Source: Rebecca billardiae RCC1528 (lineage: Eukaryota > Protista > Haptophyta). Taken from it: a stretch of DNA of 64,000 nt. The DNA lies in the NCBI GenBank assembly GCA_965240325.2, contig OZ251224.1, positions 2,604,001 to 2,668,000 on the forward strand, given 5' to 3'. How positions within the stretch are numbered: position 1 is the stretch's first letter; each line of letters starts with the position of its first letter. Shown here one piece after another: positions 35,278 through 47,536 of this stretch. The notes beneath the pieces were generated by a model. It made no database searches and was not told the DNA's origin. It saw nothing but the letters and a program-made list of their open reading frames with translations. The translations under genes were made by a program, and so were the position numbers.

Positions 35278-35480
35278 CCGAGCGCAGAACCTGGCCATGT
35301 GTCGTTCGCTGTCCGCCTCCTGATGCGTTCAGCCCGCCCTGCGCGGCTCGGGCCGGCTTAGAACCCATCGCTTCCATGCTCATCTGAGAGAGAACCCTCG
35401 TGTGCAGCGAGCTCATGGGAGGACGACCCCAGCACACGCATGACAAGCCATCGGGCCAAGCCAGGTCTACTCCGCTTGAC
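35278..35480 (+). repeat. Dispersed repeat, copy 2 (partner at 13718-13946)
   Basis: Collinear shared blocks in the same orientation as copy 1. Confidence 0.85.
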
Positions 35481-35861
35481 GGGCCCGCGCCGCGGCCACC
35501 GCGCGTCCGCCATGAGCGCATGTCCGCCATCATGTGATGAGCCAGCCGGGCGGGCGGAATCTTCCGCAGCTCGCCTTTGACGGTTTGACCGCCGCGTCGG
35601 TCCGTTGCTTCACCGAAGCGTGACAACAAGCAGGCACACGCGCGGCAAGCAGCGCGCGGAGTGGGGGGTGCGCACTGCGTAACTGCCGTAGTCTCGACGC
35701 CCGGTGCCGCTCGCCACCGGGACCCGGGTGGGCGTGAGCGTGAGTGAGCGTGTGACCGAGAGTGGCGGAGTGCGCACCACGCGCACGCGCTGGACGCCTT
35801 GGCAACGGCCGCGCGGACGGGACGAGCTGAGGGGCGGGATCTCGAGATCGCCGGTGTTGCC

Positions 35862-36924
35862 ATGTCGACCAAGTTTGCGCTGCAGGTCAACCCGAAGGAG
35901 GCTGTGTCCGCCTTCTCGCCGACCAACATCCTCGCGCGCTCGCCGCGCGCATCGCCCGCCGAGCCACCACGCCGCGATGCGAGGTCGCCATCAACTGTCG
36001 AGCAGGTGCTGCAGCAGAAGGAGGCGAGGCGGAAGCAGGAAGAGGAGGAGCACAAGCGCCGCCTGCACGCAGCGCGCGTGGAGTACTTCCAAACGCGCAA
36101 ACGTCTCTTCACCGGCGTGAAGGTGCGTGCGGCCGCGCAGAGGTGCGACCTGGCGCGCTCGCGACCCTCACACGTGTGCGCGGCCCACCCTCGCGCCCGC
36201 TGTGCGGCAGGGCGACTACCTCGACACCGACCTGGTGCTCGAGTGGTCCGCCGGCGCCTTCGTCTACGACAAGTCGTTCGTTCACCGCGGCAACCGGCTC
36301 TCGTCCGAGCTCTCCGCGCGAGAGCACAACGTGTCCGTTGCGGACGCGGCCGAGGAGACGCCGGACGTGGCCATGTCGCTCGACGAGCTTGGGCAGCAGT
36401 GGGCCGAGACGGCGTGGCTGCTACGCGCGCCGCTCGACACGGAGGGCGAGGTCGAGCGCGCGCGCGTCAGCGTGCGCACCTCGCTCCAGTTCCTCGAGTC
36501 GCTGAGCGAGCTGGCCACCAAGCACGCGCACGCGCTCAGCGGTGGCACGGGCGCCATCTTTCAGCAGCTGCTGGCCGACCTAGCGCAGTGCGGCGTGAGC
36601 GGCGTGAACGTGGACAACGTGGGCGCGCGGGGCGGCGAGGGCGGGTGCCCGACCTTGGAGCAGGCCGCGGCCAAGTCGGAGATGGCCGAGCTGCTCGGCC
36701 TGCGCGCGCAGCAGTGGGCGCGGATGCTCGCCGCCGCACACGAGGCCAGGCGTATCGTTCGCATCAAGCTGCAGGACGCCAACGACCTGAAGGCGGCGCA
36801 GTACGCGCTTGAGTGCTGCTCCACGTGCTTCCAGGAGCTCGCGGCGCACGCCGAGCAGCGCAGCTGCTCGCTCTTCGACGTCGTGACGCTGCTCGAGAGT
36901 GCCGGCGGCGAGACGCCTCGCTGA
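35862..36924 (+). CDS. Hypothetical helical/coiled-coil protein; predicted exons 35862-36122 and 36211-36924
   Basis: GCCATG start, host-like codon usage, and an AAG|GTGCGT...GGCAG intron joining two frames. Confidence 0.75.
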
Positions 36925-37690
36925 GCCGATCCTGAATCCTGATGCCGATGGAAACTCCCCGCGCCTGCGGTCGTGGCCCGCGGTCGCGGCCCGCTGGCGC
37001 TGATCAGCTGGCCGTCAACGTGCAGCCGCCGCACCAAGCAGACTTGTGAACGCGCGGCGGCCGGCATACGACTTTAAGTCAGTAGCACTGCAATCGTCGA
37101 TCGATATCGCCGTATCATTATTATTTAATCCATTATGTATCATGCATCAATATATATATGGTTCCACGCCCACGGCCGGATGTCATGTTGAGGTTAGTAT
37201 GTGGACGAACGGTACAATAGGCAGTTGGCAATGTCGTTAATATGAGTCAGAGTCGCAGTGAGTAATGTACTAGTTCAATGCGGGTAGGTCGCTCGCAAAC
37301 GGCGGGGAATCGTCAATGTCCACTGTCCAGATTGACATCTCGCTCGCCGGTCCGGCTGTGGATCCGGACTTTGCCTTTTTCAGCTAGCGGCAGCGAGGTC
37401 CTCGGTCGCACGGGTCGCGCCGGCTCGTTTGGGCCGCCTGCCGGAGCTGGGCCACCGGGGCGGACGCGGGCTTGTTGTGCGCGGTACAGGCGTGCCGGGT
37501 ACGTCTAAGCGCTCTGCGCTCGTGACCTTGCGCCACGCGGCAGTCGGGCGCCGCGCGACCACCGCGCGCGCGCGCTCGGTGCGGGTGCAGTGGGTGACGT
37601 GCGCCAGCTGCCACCTGCCACCTGCCTGCTGCGCGCCCCCCTCCGCGCCAGCAGGGCGTGCCGAGAGTCGGCCGCCTCGGCTGGGTGGCA

Positions 37691-40600
37691 ATGACGAGCT
37701 CGGCCGATCGCAGCGCTCGCAACCGCGCAAAGGTGTACCAGCTGAATAATGTCGGCCAGTGGGACGACCGAGGCACCGGCTACGCCGCGTGCCAGTATCT
37801 GCAGGGCTACGGCTTTGCGTGCATCATCCTCGTGAACGAGGAGGACTCGACGCCGATTCTCGAGACGCGCGTGAGCCCCGAGGACATCTACCAGCGCCAG
37901 GGCGAGACGATCATCTCGTGGACCGAGCCGCAGAACGGGTGCGACGTCGCGCTCTCGTTCGCCGACGCGGCCGGATGCACAGACCTGTGGGAGCAGATCT
38001 GCACGCTGCAGCGCGCGGAGCTGCAGGCGGGCGGGTGGCACGACGGCGAGGGCGACGACGACGGGCCGTCGCACCTCGGCGGGCTGCTCTCGCTCGGCGA
38101 CCGCGACGGCTTCGACGGCCCGATGGGCGCCGAGAACCACCCGGCGCTCGGGCACGAGGTGGCCGTGCAGCTGCCGGCGCCCGAGCTGCGCAACGTGCGC
38201 GCGCTCGCCGACGCGCTCGGCGAGATCACGTTCTACCAGCGGCCGACGGTGGTGCAGATGATCCTGCAGCAGGACTACGTGCCCCGGCTCGCGCGGCTCT
38301 TCTCCACCGTCGAGGACCTCGAGGACATCGAGGGCCTCCACGCCATGTTCCACACGTTCCGCACGCTTGTCATGCTTAACGACACGGGCGTGTTCGAGCA
38401 GCTGCTGCGCGACGACGTGATCATGGCGACGATCGGCGCGCTGGAGTACGACCCGGAGCTGCGCGCGCACGACACGCGGCACCGCGAGTTCCTGCAGAAC
38501 GTCGCCGAGTTCAAGGAGGTGCTCCCGCTCCGCGACCCCGCCATCGTCGCAAAGGTTCACCAGAACTTTCGAGTCCAGTACATTAAGGACGTCGTGCTTC
38601 CGCGCTCGCTCGACGACAACACGTTCGCCACGCTCAACTCGATCATGTTCATGAACAACGTGGCGATCCTCGGGCACATTCAGAACGACACGGAGTACCT
38701 GTCGTCGCTCTTCACGCAGCTCCACGACGAGCAGCTGCCCATCGAGCGCCGCCGCGACCTCTCGAGGCTGCTGCTGGAGCTGTGCCAGCTCGCCCGCAAC
38801 CTGCAGCTGTTTAACCGCGCATCGTTCTATCGCCGGCTGATGGACTTTGGGCTGTTCACGCCGATCGCGTCGCTGATCATGAGCGGCGACCCGGCGCTGC
38901 AGCTGAACGCGGCGGAGGTGCTCGGCGCCACCTGCCTGCACGACCCCTCGATGCTGCGCCAGTACGTCCTCGTCGAGCGGCCGGAGAGGCGAACGATCGG
39001 CGCGCTCATGCACGCGCTCACGGTGGGCGCAGAGGCGGGGGTCAAGGTGCGCGGCGGAGCGGGGCGCGGGCAGGCGGCGCTGCGCGGGCGGGCGGGTCGG
39101 GCGCGGCGCGACCGACGCGTCGCGCCTCGCTCTCACGCACGCCACGCGCCACGCCGCCGCGCGCGCGCGCGCCACCGCCCGTCCGTCCGCCCGCGCGTGT
39201 GTCGCGTGTGTCGCGCGCGCGCAGGCGCAACTGAGCGAAGTGCTGCGCGCTCTGCTGGACCCCGAGACGATGGAGGGCGTGGAGCAGGAGGAGTTCCTCA
39301 ACCTGTTCTACGAGCACTTCATCCTGGGCGCGCTCGCGCCGCTCGAGAGCGCGGGAAGGCCCGCGGTCGACGCGGGCACGCAGGCGTCGCAGCGCGCGAC
39401 CGCCGGCCGCGGCGCCGGGGCTTACAAGCTCCGGGCTCACAACGGTGACACGGCCGACGCGGCGCCCGCGGACGAGCACGAGCCGTCGGTGTCGGCGGCG
39501 CCGGTGGCGTCGGCGTCGACGCTCGTCGCCGCGGGCTCGCGCAGCGCGGCGGCCGAGGCGAGCGCCGCGCTCGGCGCCACGCACGAGGGTGTGACAGGCG
39601 GCTCGACCGGTGGCGACGGCGGCGGCAGCGGCGGCGTTGATGACGCGCTCGCGAGCGCGGCTGCGCAGACCGCCGCGGATACGGGCGCGGCGAGCGGCAA
39701 CGCGAGCGGCGGGAGCGCGGCGGACGCGCGCGTGGCCGACGCGGACGCGAACGGCGACACCTCGCTCGGCAGCGGCGAGGAGGCCGCCGCGCTCGACGAC
39801 GACGTCGACGACGAGGCGCTCTCAGACGTCGCGGACGGCTGCGGCGCGCACGAGATTGAAGAGGCGGTGCACGCGTCGCGCCTGCTCGTCGTCGAGCTGC
39901 TCTGCTTCTGCGTGAACAACCACGGTGCGTGCTCGTGGCCCGCGCGCGCGCGCGCCTCGCCGCGCGCACGCCCGACCGCCCGCCGCGCGCGCTCGGCGCT
40001 CACGCGGTCGCGCGCTGCCACCGTGCGCGCCCGCCCGCCTCTGCGCCGCGCGCGCCGCTGCGCGCTGCTGCCCGCCGCGCGCCCCGCGCGCGCGCGCAGG
40101 CTACCGGATCAAGTATTTCGTGCTGAAGAACCACGTGATCCCGAAGGTGCTGCGGCTGTGCCAGCTGCGCGACAAGCCGCTGATCCTCGCGGCCGTGCGC
40201 TTCATGCGCGCGTGCATCGGCCTCAAGGACGAGTTTTATAACAAATACGTCGTCAAAAATGATTGCCTCGCGCCCCTCGTCGAGCAGCTCGTCGCGAACG
40301 CGCGGCTGGACAACTTGCTGGCGAGCGCGGTGATCGAGCTGCTCGACTTCATCCGCAAGGTGCGCCCGGGCCGGACGCGCGTGCGCGGCTGCGCGGCTGC
40401 GCGGCCGGAGCGCGCCGCGCGCGCCGCGCGGGCCGCGCCGCCGCGCCGCGGCGGCCCCGCATCCGCTCTCGCCGCGCGCTCACGCGTGCCGCGCCGCGCC
40501 GCCGCTCGCCGCCCGCTCCGCGCAGGAGAACGTCAAGTCGCTCGTGGCGCACCTGCACGACGTGCACCGGGAGCAGCTGGAGAGTGCACGCCAGCCGCGC

Positions 40601-42168
40601 GTCGTGCGCGGGCTGTGGATGCGTCACGAGCAGAACCTGGAGCTGGCGCGCACCGTGGCGACGCGCGACGGCGGCGTGCCCGCAGGCGCGTGCGCGTGCG
40701 CGGGCGGCGGCGAGGGCGTGCCGGGCAAGCTGCCGCCGAGGGCGACGCTGTGCGCAGCCAGCAGCGCGGCGGCGGCGGCGCACGCGCGCGCCGCGCTCGA
40801 CGCGCGAGCCGTCGCCGCCGCCGCCGCCGACGGCGCCGCCGGCATGCTCGGGGCCAACCCCGGCCGTGCGCCGAGGCGCGCGCCGCTGAGCGGCGCCGGC
40901 TTGCGCGCCTTCCCTGACGAGGACGACGAGGACGCGTACTTTGAGGTGCGGCGCACGGCGTGCGCGGCGCGTGCGAGCGCGGGAGCGTGCGCGCGTGACG
41001 CGCCGTGCGCGCACACCCCGCCACGCGCGCCCGCGCGCCCGCGCGCGCGCCGCGCCCGCAGGGGAGCGACGAAGAGGAGGCAGCGGGAGACGAGAATTCA
41101 AACTCTCTAGGCGGCATCGCGGGCGCGCCCGGCGATGAGCCTGCCGCGCTGCGCCGTGTGGCGCGCGCTCGCGACGGCGCGGCGCGCGCGATGGCCGAGC
41201 CGCTCGCCGAGGCCGCCGTCTTTGGCCACGGTACCCTCGTGCCGCGGCCCGAGCTCGGCGCTGCCGCGCCCGGCGCGGGCGGCGGCTCGTCCATCGACGG
41301 GCCTGTCCTCGCAGCGGGCACAGCGTTTGATGCCGCGGACATTGGGCCGACGGCGCTGCGGCCGCGCGGCCTGGGGCCGGCCGGGGCGGGCACGGGCGGC
41401 GGCGTGCCCGTCTCCTCCGCGGCGGCGGGCGCGTCGTCCGCCGCGGCGGATGGCGCCGCGCGGCAGTCGGCGCACGAGCGAGCCAACCTGGCCGTCTCCG
41501 CGGCGCTCAGCGGAATGGGCGTCGAGGCCGGCGCCCACGCGGGAGCGCAGGGCTCTCCGCACTTGGCAGTGCTGCCAGCGTGCGCGCCGCCGCCGCGCGC
41601 GGGCTCGCCGCGCTCGCCGCGCAGCTCGCCGCGCTCGCCCAACCCGGCGGTCTCGCCGCCGCGCTCGCCGAGCCGCTCGGCGCATCTCACGCAGAGCGCT
41701 GCGCCGCACTCGATGCACATACCGCGCACAAGCGCGCTCGACGGCGCGACGATGAAGCGAGAGGCGGCGGCGGTGGCGACGTGGGCGCTCGGCGCGGACG
41801 GACCGCTCCCGCCGCCCGCGCACGGCGCAGACGCGACGGCCGCGGCTGCGGGAGCGGCGCCGGCGGCCGGCGGCCCCGCGGCGGGCGCGGGACCGTTCCC
41901 AGTCGGCGGCAAGCGGCCGCGAGGTCCGGACAACCAGTCGTCCCCGCTCGCACAACGGCCGCTGGTGGCGTGCACCGGGACCGAAGCGCCCGGCGCCCTG
42001 GCTGCCGGCGCGGAGCCAGCTCCGACCGCGGCTGCTGCCGCGGCCGGCCTCGCGGTCAGAAAGGCGGACGAGCCAGCGCAGCCGCCGCCGCCGGCTGTCG
42101 GCGAGGCTGGGGCGGCGAACGCAGACGCGCCCGTGCAGCCAAGAAGGGCTTCGTCGGAGGCCTCCTAA
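37691..42168 (+). CDS. PPP4R3: Protein phosphatase 4 regulatory subunit 3 (SMEK/Psy2); predicted exons 37691-39046, 39225-39924, 40100-40359, 40526-40945, 41062-42168
   Basis: EVH1-like start (RAKVYQLN..GQWDDRGTG, YQRQGETIISW), SMK-1 domain (IGALEYDPE, KVHQNFRVQYIKDVVLPR), LLCFCVNNHGYRIKYF and IGLKDEFYN. Confidence 0.93.
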
Positions 42169-42442
42169 GCCTTTCGGCGTCCCGACCTTCGAGTCACTAC
42201 CAGCGGCGCACATCAGACAATATCATCAGTATAGTCATCAGTAGTGATCAGGCGCATGATGGGCTCTGGCTTCGCGGCCTTCGGACCCGCAGGCCGGCCA
42301 GCTCAGACGGGCTAAGACGGGCACTGTGTCTGTGAGCTCCTTCGTCATGAAGTCACTCGTGAAAACTGCACAGGAGGACCTCAATGGACGCCTAGATGAT
42401 GACTTCAGAGCGATATTGGGCCAACAAGCACTTCATCTATAG

Positions 42443-42581
42443 TTCAGACTCTATTTTTACTATGTATTTACCCATTTCAGACTCTGGTCAGAACACGGTC
42501 CGGGAGCGATCCGGATGCACCCGTAGCTATTGGAAATATGTCACCGGACTGGGTAAATAGCTATGAAAAATAGAGTCTGAA
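42443..42581. repeat. Small imperfect inverted repeat (MITE-like relic)
   Basis: TTCAGACTCTATTTTT...TATTTACCCA mirrors TGGGTAAATA...AAAAATAGAGTCTGAA. Confidence 0.65.
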
Positions 42582-43435
42582 GTAGTCACCAACTGAGTTT
42601 CACACCCTGGGCACTTATTGGCCATCCATAGTAACCCTACTTGGAGCCCTGTGGGACACTTCGGGCGTTCATTCGGCCGCAGGAATGCGAAGATCATCAT
42701 CATTTTCGGTACGCCCGGTTTCTATGACCGGACTGGCAGGGGTCAACCGGAGCCAGAGCCGATGATGATATTGATATTTATTCACAGCAGCGGCATTGGT
42801 AAATATTTGATACTTAACTGTCTTAACTATACTTAGACTTAGTCTTATTATAGCAGACAGTTAGCAGTGACTGAGTGAGACTAACCTGCACTCTGCAGGC
42901 GCGTGCCGAGGGCGAGTGCCCGCGGCCGCCGTCCGGCCTCCGGGCCGTGCCGCATCACGGGCAACGCCGATGACGGGCACGGCCCATCACGGGCACGGCC
43001 GGCACGGCCACGATCGTGAACGGACCGTAGTACTGCTGCTGCTGTACTGTCGTGTCGCCTATACATACTTACACGGACTAACGACTAACGAGTACGCGGC
43101 AATAAGTGACGGACCCGCGCGGGCGCGGACCCGGCGGACCGGTCACCGGGCCGCGAGCCGCGGTCCACGCAGCGCCCTATACAGATTACAGGCCGCGTGC
43201 TGACCGCGCCTGATTAATCTTTATATATCCGTTACGGGGGCCTGCGCCGTGGGCGCGGGCCGCGACTACCGGTCCGCCTGGCCACCAGGCCGGCGGGGCG
43301 GCGGGGCCGCCGCCCCGCCGGCCCACCACGGCCGCGGCCCGCCGCCCCGGCGGTCAGTAGTGACGAGTAGAGTGAGTACTACTAGTAGCTAGGTCACGAC
43401 GCACCGTCGAGGATATGGATTGTGGGTGATATGGG

Positions 43436-44614
43436 TCAGCGACGCTGCGACGACTCGAGCACGCGACGGAACGTGCTGTTGATCGCGAGAGCGCGCTCGC
43501 AGTCGACGGAGCAGAAATCGTCCGCGCGCACCGACCGCTCGAAGGCAGCACGGAGCGCAATCGGCTCGTGCCTTTGTGCAAGGAGCTGGCTGTCGGCCTG
43601 AAGAGTGTCCACCCACAGCGCACCCAGCTGCGCTGCCGACGCGCAGCGCAGCGGGAGTCGAAGGGAGCCCGCTTGCACGCCGTCGGTGATCGATCGGACC
43701 ATGCGCCGGACGAGGGCCCGCCGCGCTAGCACGGTGTGCGGCGGCGAGAGGCCGGCGCGGTGCGCACAGTCAAAGAGCTCGAGCAGCCGCATGTCCGCGC
43801 TGCTGATTGGACGGCTGTTGCGCCAGCCGCTGTCGCTCTGCATGCGCGGCCGCGGCTGCCGCACCCGCGCGCATGCGCGAGGCGCGCGCACAACCTCGCA
43901 CACGAAGCGCTCGAGTATGCTCGCGCTCGTGTCGTGCAGGTCCAGCACGCTCACACGCGCTCCTGCGCGCGCCCACAGGCCCCGCGCCTCGGCTGGCGTG
44001 GGGAACGTGCCGCCCCAGCGCCCAGCCGGTGTGTGCGCTTCCGTCAGCATGTCGAGCAGCGCGCGGAACCGCGGCTCGCCGCGGTGGAGCATGCGCTCGT
44101 GTGAGACGCCGAGCTTGGCGATACGCTCGGTGTGGCCACTCAGGATCAGCTCAAAGAGGCGGCGGTACACGATCACGACGCGCACCTCAAACCCACAGGC
44201 GCGCAGCTCGCGCAGCAGGCGACGCGCGCGCACGTCCGGCTCGCTCAGATTCTCGTTCGTCAGCAGCAGGTGGCCACCCGCGCGGGACGCGTTGCGTGCG
44301 ATCGCGACGAACGCGTCCCACACTCGCACGGCCTGCGCTTTGGGCAGGTGCCCGGGCAGGAGCGCGAGCGCGAGTAGGTAGTGGTTGTTCACATCCTCCG
44401 GAGCAATGCTACGAGGCGGTGGTAGGTCGGGCAGATGCGGCACGATAAAGCGATCGTCGTGCTCAAGGATGCGTTTCACGGGCGAATTGCTGCGCAGGAG
44501 CGCCCATTGCAGGCTCGTGCTGCCCGTCTTGGCGGGGCCGACGTGCACGATCGCACGGGGCAACGCATGCGCGCGCGCGATCAGCACAATCGTGAGACTG
44601 CCATGCCTAAGCAT
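43436..44614 (-). CDS. Sulfotransferase-like P-loop protein with N-terminal signal/anchor
   Basis: IVHVGPAKTGSTSLQ (5'-PSB-like), LLLTNENL and VVIVYRR...S (3'-PB-like); single exon. Confidence 0.7.
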   Translation of the reverse strand: MLRHGSLTIVLIARAHALPRAIVHVGPAKTGSTSLQWALLRSNSPVKRILEHDDRFIVPHLPDLPPPRSIAPEDVNNHYLLALALLPGHLPKAQAVRVWDAFVAIARNASRAGGHLLLTNENLSEPDVRARRLLRELRACGFEVRVVIVYRRLFELILSGHTERIAKLGVSHERMLHRGEPRFRALLDMLTEAHTPAGRWGGTFPTPAEARGLWARAGARVSVLDLHDTSASILERFVCEVVRAPRACARVRQPRPRMQSDSGWRNSRPISSADMRLLELFDCAHRAGLSPPHTVLARRALVRRMVRSITDGVQAGSLRLPLRCASAAQLGALWVDTLQADSQLLAQRHEPIALRAAFERSVRADDFCSVDCERALAINSTFRRVLESSQRR

Positions 44615-44721
44615 GGGCCGGGTGGACAGACTGGAAGGGAAAAGGTCAAAAGGCGAGCTGACGTCTGACAGGCGACAAAGCCAAGCCGGAAGGGCGGACG
44701 GCGGACAGGACGGCGGGCGTC

Positions 44722-45891
44722 ATGCTCGACGTGCTCGACGAGCACGCGGCGACCGTCATCGCCGCCTCGCTCCGCGACGAGGACGTGCTGTGCGTGCAGC
44801 TCGCATGCCGAAGCATGTCGCTCATCTTCCCGCGGCCGCTTCCCATACAGCGCGGCGCGCTGCTGAGCACGGACGCGCGCGCCGTCTTTGCCTTCTCACT
44901 GCCGGGGTTCGACGACGGGCGCGCGTGCAAGCGCTGCGCGGACGCCGGGCAGCTGAGTGCGCTGCGCCGCGCGCGCGCTCAGCGGTGCTGCAAGCGCTCA
45001 GACTGCCACCTCTGCTGCACCGATCCGCGCTGCCGAGTGCACACGCTCGCGACTCACTCTGTCGAGGACCTGCCGTGCCAGCTCGGCCTGCCGCGGCCCT
45101 GGCCGAACAAGGCGCTCGAGCAGGTGCGCGAGCTGGTGGAAGACGAACCGCGGCGATGGCGTAGCAGCGCGTATCTCGCGCGCGGCACCTCGCACGACGA
45201 CTGGGTGGTGATGGTCGTCTGCGCCGCGCTCCGCCTCCGCGTTGAGTACGAGTCTGGCTTTTTGGATTCGTCCGCGCCGGTCCTGCGCGTCGTGCGGGAC
45301 GCGAATTGGCACCGCCCAGCACGAGTGCACCCGCCGCCGCTCGGGGAGAACTACGAGCCACCGCCCGCGCGATGCCTCGGATGCGGCACCGTCGCGCTCG
45401 AGGCTGAGCTGCAGCCCGTGCAGTCCGGCTTCGCCTGTGCGCGCTGCGTCTCGCGCGGCCGCGTGCGCGTGTTTGCATGCGCGCTCTGCGGCGTGCGCGA
45501 GTCTGATGCCGAGCTCGTGCGGGTGCGCGGCTGGGGCGTGGCATGCGAGGCATGCGTCGATAGCCACGCTGTGTGGCGCGCGCTCGAGGAGCGCGGGCTC
45601 GACCCGACTCGCTTCGCGCTCGACGACCTGCCCGACAACCTGAGCTGCTGGGCGCGAACGCACACCTTCCTCACTGGCGGCGGCTGGCGCGCCATGAAGT
45701 GGGGGAGCCGGAGCCGGCGCGACCCGGTGGGGCGGCGGCACCCGCGCGGTGGGACGCGCTCCCGGCAGCAGCCATGGTGGGTACCGGTGTACGTGTGCGC
45801 GCGTCAGGCGCGTGCGTGCGTCGCGACGCTCTTCGGGCGTGCGCACAACGAGTACTCACTCATCGTGCCCCTCGCGTACAGCTCGAGCTGA
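44722..45891 (+). CDS. F-box-like / ankyrin-remnant protein with Cys-rich Zn-binding segments
   Basis: N-terminal F-box-like pattern (LDVLDE...IAASL...VQLACRSM), one ankyrin-like unit (ADAGQLSALRRARAQRC) and two CxxC...CxxC modules. Confidence 0.55.
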   Translation: MLDVLDEHAATVIAASLRDEDVLCVQLACRSMSLIFPRPLPIQRGALLSTDARAVFAFSLPGFDDGRACKRCADAGQLSALRRARAQRCCKRSDCHLCCTDPRCRVHTLATHSVEDLPCQLGLPRPWPNKALEQVRELVEDEPRRWRSSAYLARGTSHDDWVVMVVCAALRLRVEYESGFLDSSAPVLRVVRDANWHRPARVHPPPLGENYEPPPARCLGCGTVALEAELQPVQSGFACARCVSRGRVRVFACALCGVRESDAELVRVRGWGVACEACVDSHAVWRALEERGLDPTRFALDDLPDNLSCWARTHTFLTGGGWRAMKWGSRSRRDPVGRRHPRGGTRSRQQPWWVPVYVCARQARACVATLFGRAHNEYSLIVPLAYSSS

Positions 45892-46425
45892 TCGGTGCCC
45901 CTCGCATCCCGGTCCCGGGCGAGACTCCGGCGAGAGCTGTTCATCAGCTGACCACGCGCGCAGATCATGATGACTGCCAGGCGGTTCACGACCAGACCGC
46001 CGCAGCGTCGGTGACATGATGACGTGCCACTCATATGAGTGTATTGTGAGTTACAGTGGCAAGTGTGAAGTGAATCACGAATCGTCCGGGATTGCTTGAG
46101 CCTTGACAATGATGGAAATAAACCTAGATCACGACTGTACTAGCGCCTGGCAGCAGAGGCTATTCGAATCTGAAGCTGCTTTACACAAGCAAGTCACGAT
46201 TGTCGATTGGACAGACACTGTCATCGCATTGTCCACTGCTGGCAGGCGAGGCGCCGGCGCCGCGGCGGCCGCGCCGTCACGGACCCGCGGCAGCGATTGG
46301 CTGAGTTCGAACCACGCACGCGGGCCGCGCGCGTACAACGCGCGACTGCCGCTTGCATTAGACCCTGCCGAGCAGGCATGGGACGCGGCCTTAGGCATGG
46401 TGTCCTCCGAGTGTGTGATCACGAC

Positions 46426-46964
46426 TTACTCGTCGCAGTAGAAGAACTTCGTCGCGTCATAGCAATCGCCAAGCTTCACCTCGGACGAAACGGCCTCGAA
46501 GTAGGCGCAGTCCGCGTCCGGGTGCGTGTTGGCATCCAGCAGCACCTCGTAACCCGCAAAGAACGGGATGTACGAGGGCTTCTCCTTGCCCTTGCCGTCG
46601 CGCCAGATGCCCGGGTGCCCGTAGTCCGAGAAGCCGACCCAGACGTCATCGCCCTGGGTCAGATCGTTGAGCAGCTGGTAATCCTTGCGCGACGTCCACT
46701 CCATGATCTCGGCACTCGGGTCCGACCCGCTGATGCGGTGGCACCACTTCTGAGCCTGCGCGCGAGACAGGTGTAGGGTGGCGCGCGCGGCGCGAAGCGC
46801 GCAATCGGTCAGCGCAAGCGCCGCACACGCACACCGCGGGCAAAGGCGACGGAGAGCGCACGCGAGCGGCCGTCGGGGGACGGCAAGGACAACGCGGCGA
46901 TGGCACGTACATCGTTGTAGCTCATCGGCCCGTACTTCTGGTGGATGGCACCGAGATCAGGCAT
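46426..46964 (-). CDS. Stand-alone C-type lectin-like domain protein, copy A (127 aa); exons 46964-46911 and 46755-46426
   Basis: MSYNDAQKWC, VWVGFSD and DCAYF...GDC...KFFYCDE give the 4-Cys CTLD pattern; GTACGT...CGCAG intron. Confidence 0.85.
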
Positions 46965-47536
46965 GGTGGCTGCGGGACGGAGACGCGACGAAGTGGATGA
47001 GACTCGGAGGGACGGCAGTCACGAACGCGCGCGCCTCTCAGGCGTCTTTATTCTGTTTCAAGACCGTCCACGGCGCGAAGACCAACTTTGATCGTGTTCT
47101 GCGACAGGTTCAGGTAGAAAAGAGAGATCTTTGCCATCTTCGCCGCGGCGCGATTCTCGAGGTGCTGCGCAAACGATGCACAGGCCGTTTCTACGGAACC
47201 CATCGTCGTGTTTTCGTCAAGACGTCCGTCCCGGCCGGCGGTGGCAATTGCTTGCTCCCCGCCCAGATCCGATTGTCTGCGGCGGCAGTGACATTACAGT
47301 TTACTATGTTTTAACGTGCACACTTGGTTAAGGCGTGATTGACGCCATCCAACACTGCACAAAGACACCGCCACAAAACAGACCGGCGCAGGCAGGTGAG
47401 GGGCGCGTTGCCGCACCTCATCGAGGCGGCCATTGCAGCAAGCGGCCGCCCCGCGCTCGGAGGCACGCGCTCGGGAGCGCGCTCTGACACCACAGTATTC
47501 TGACTTCTGTCATATTCTCATTCTGTGAACTAGTCA

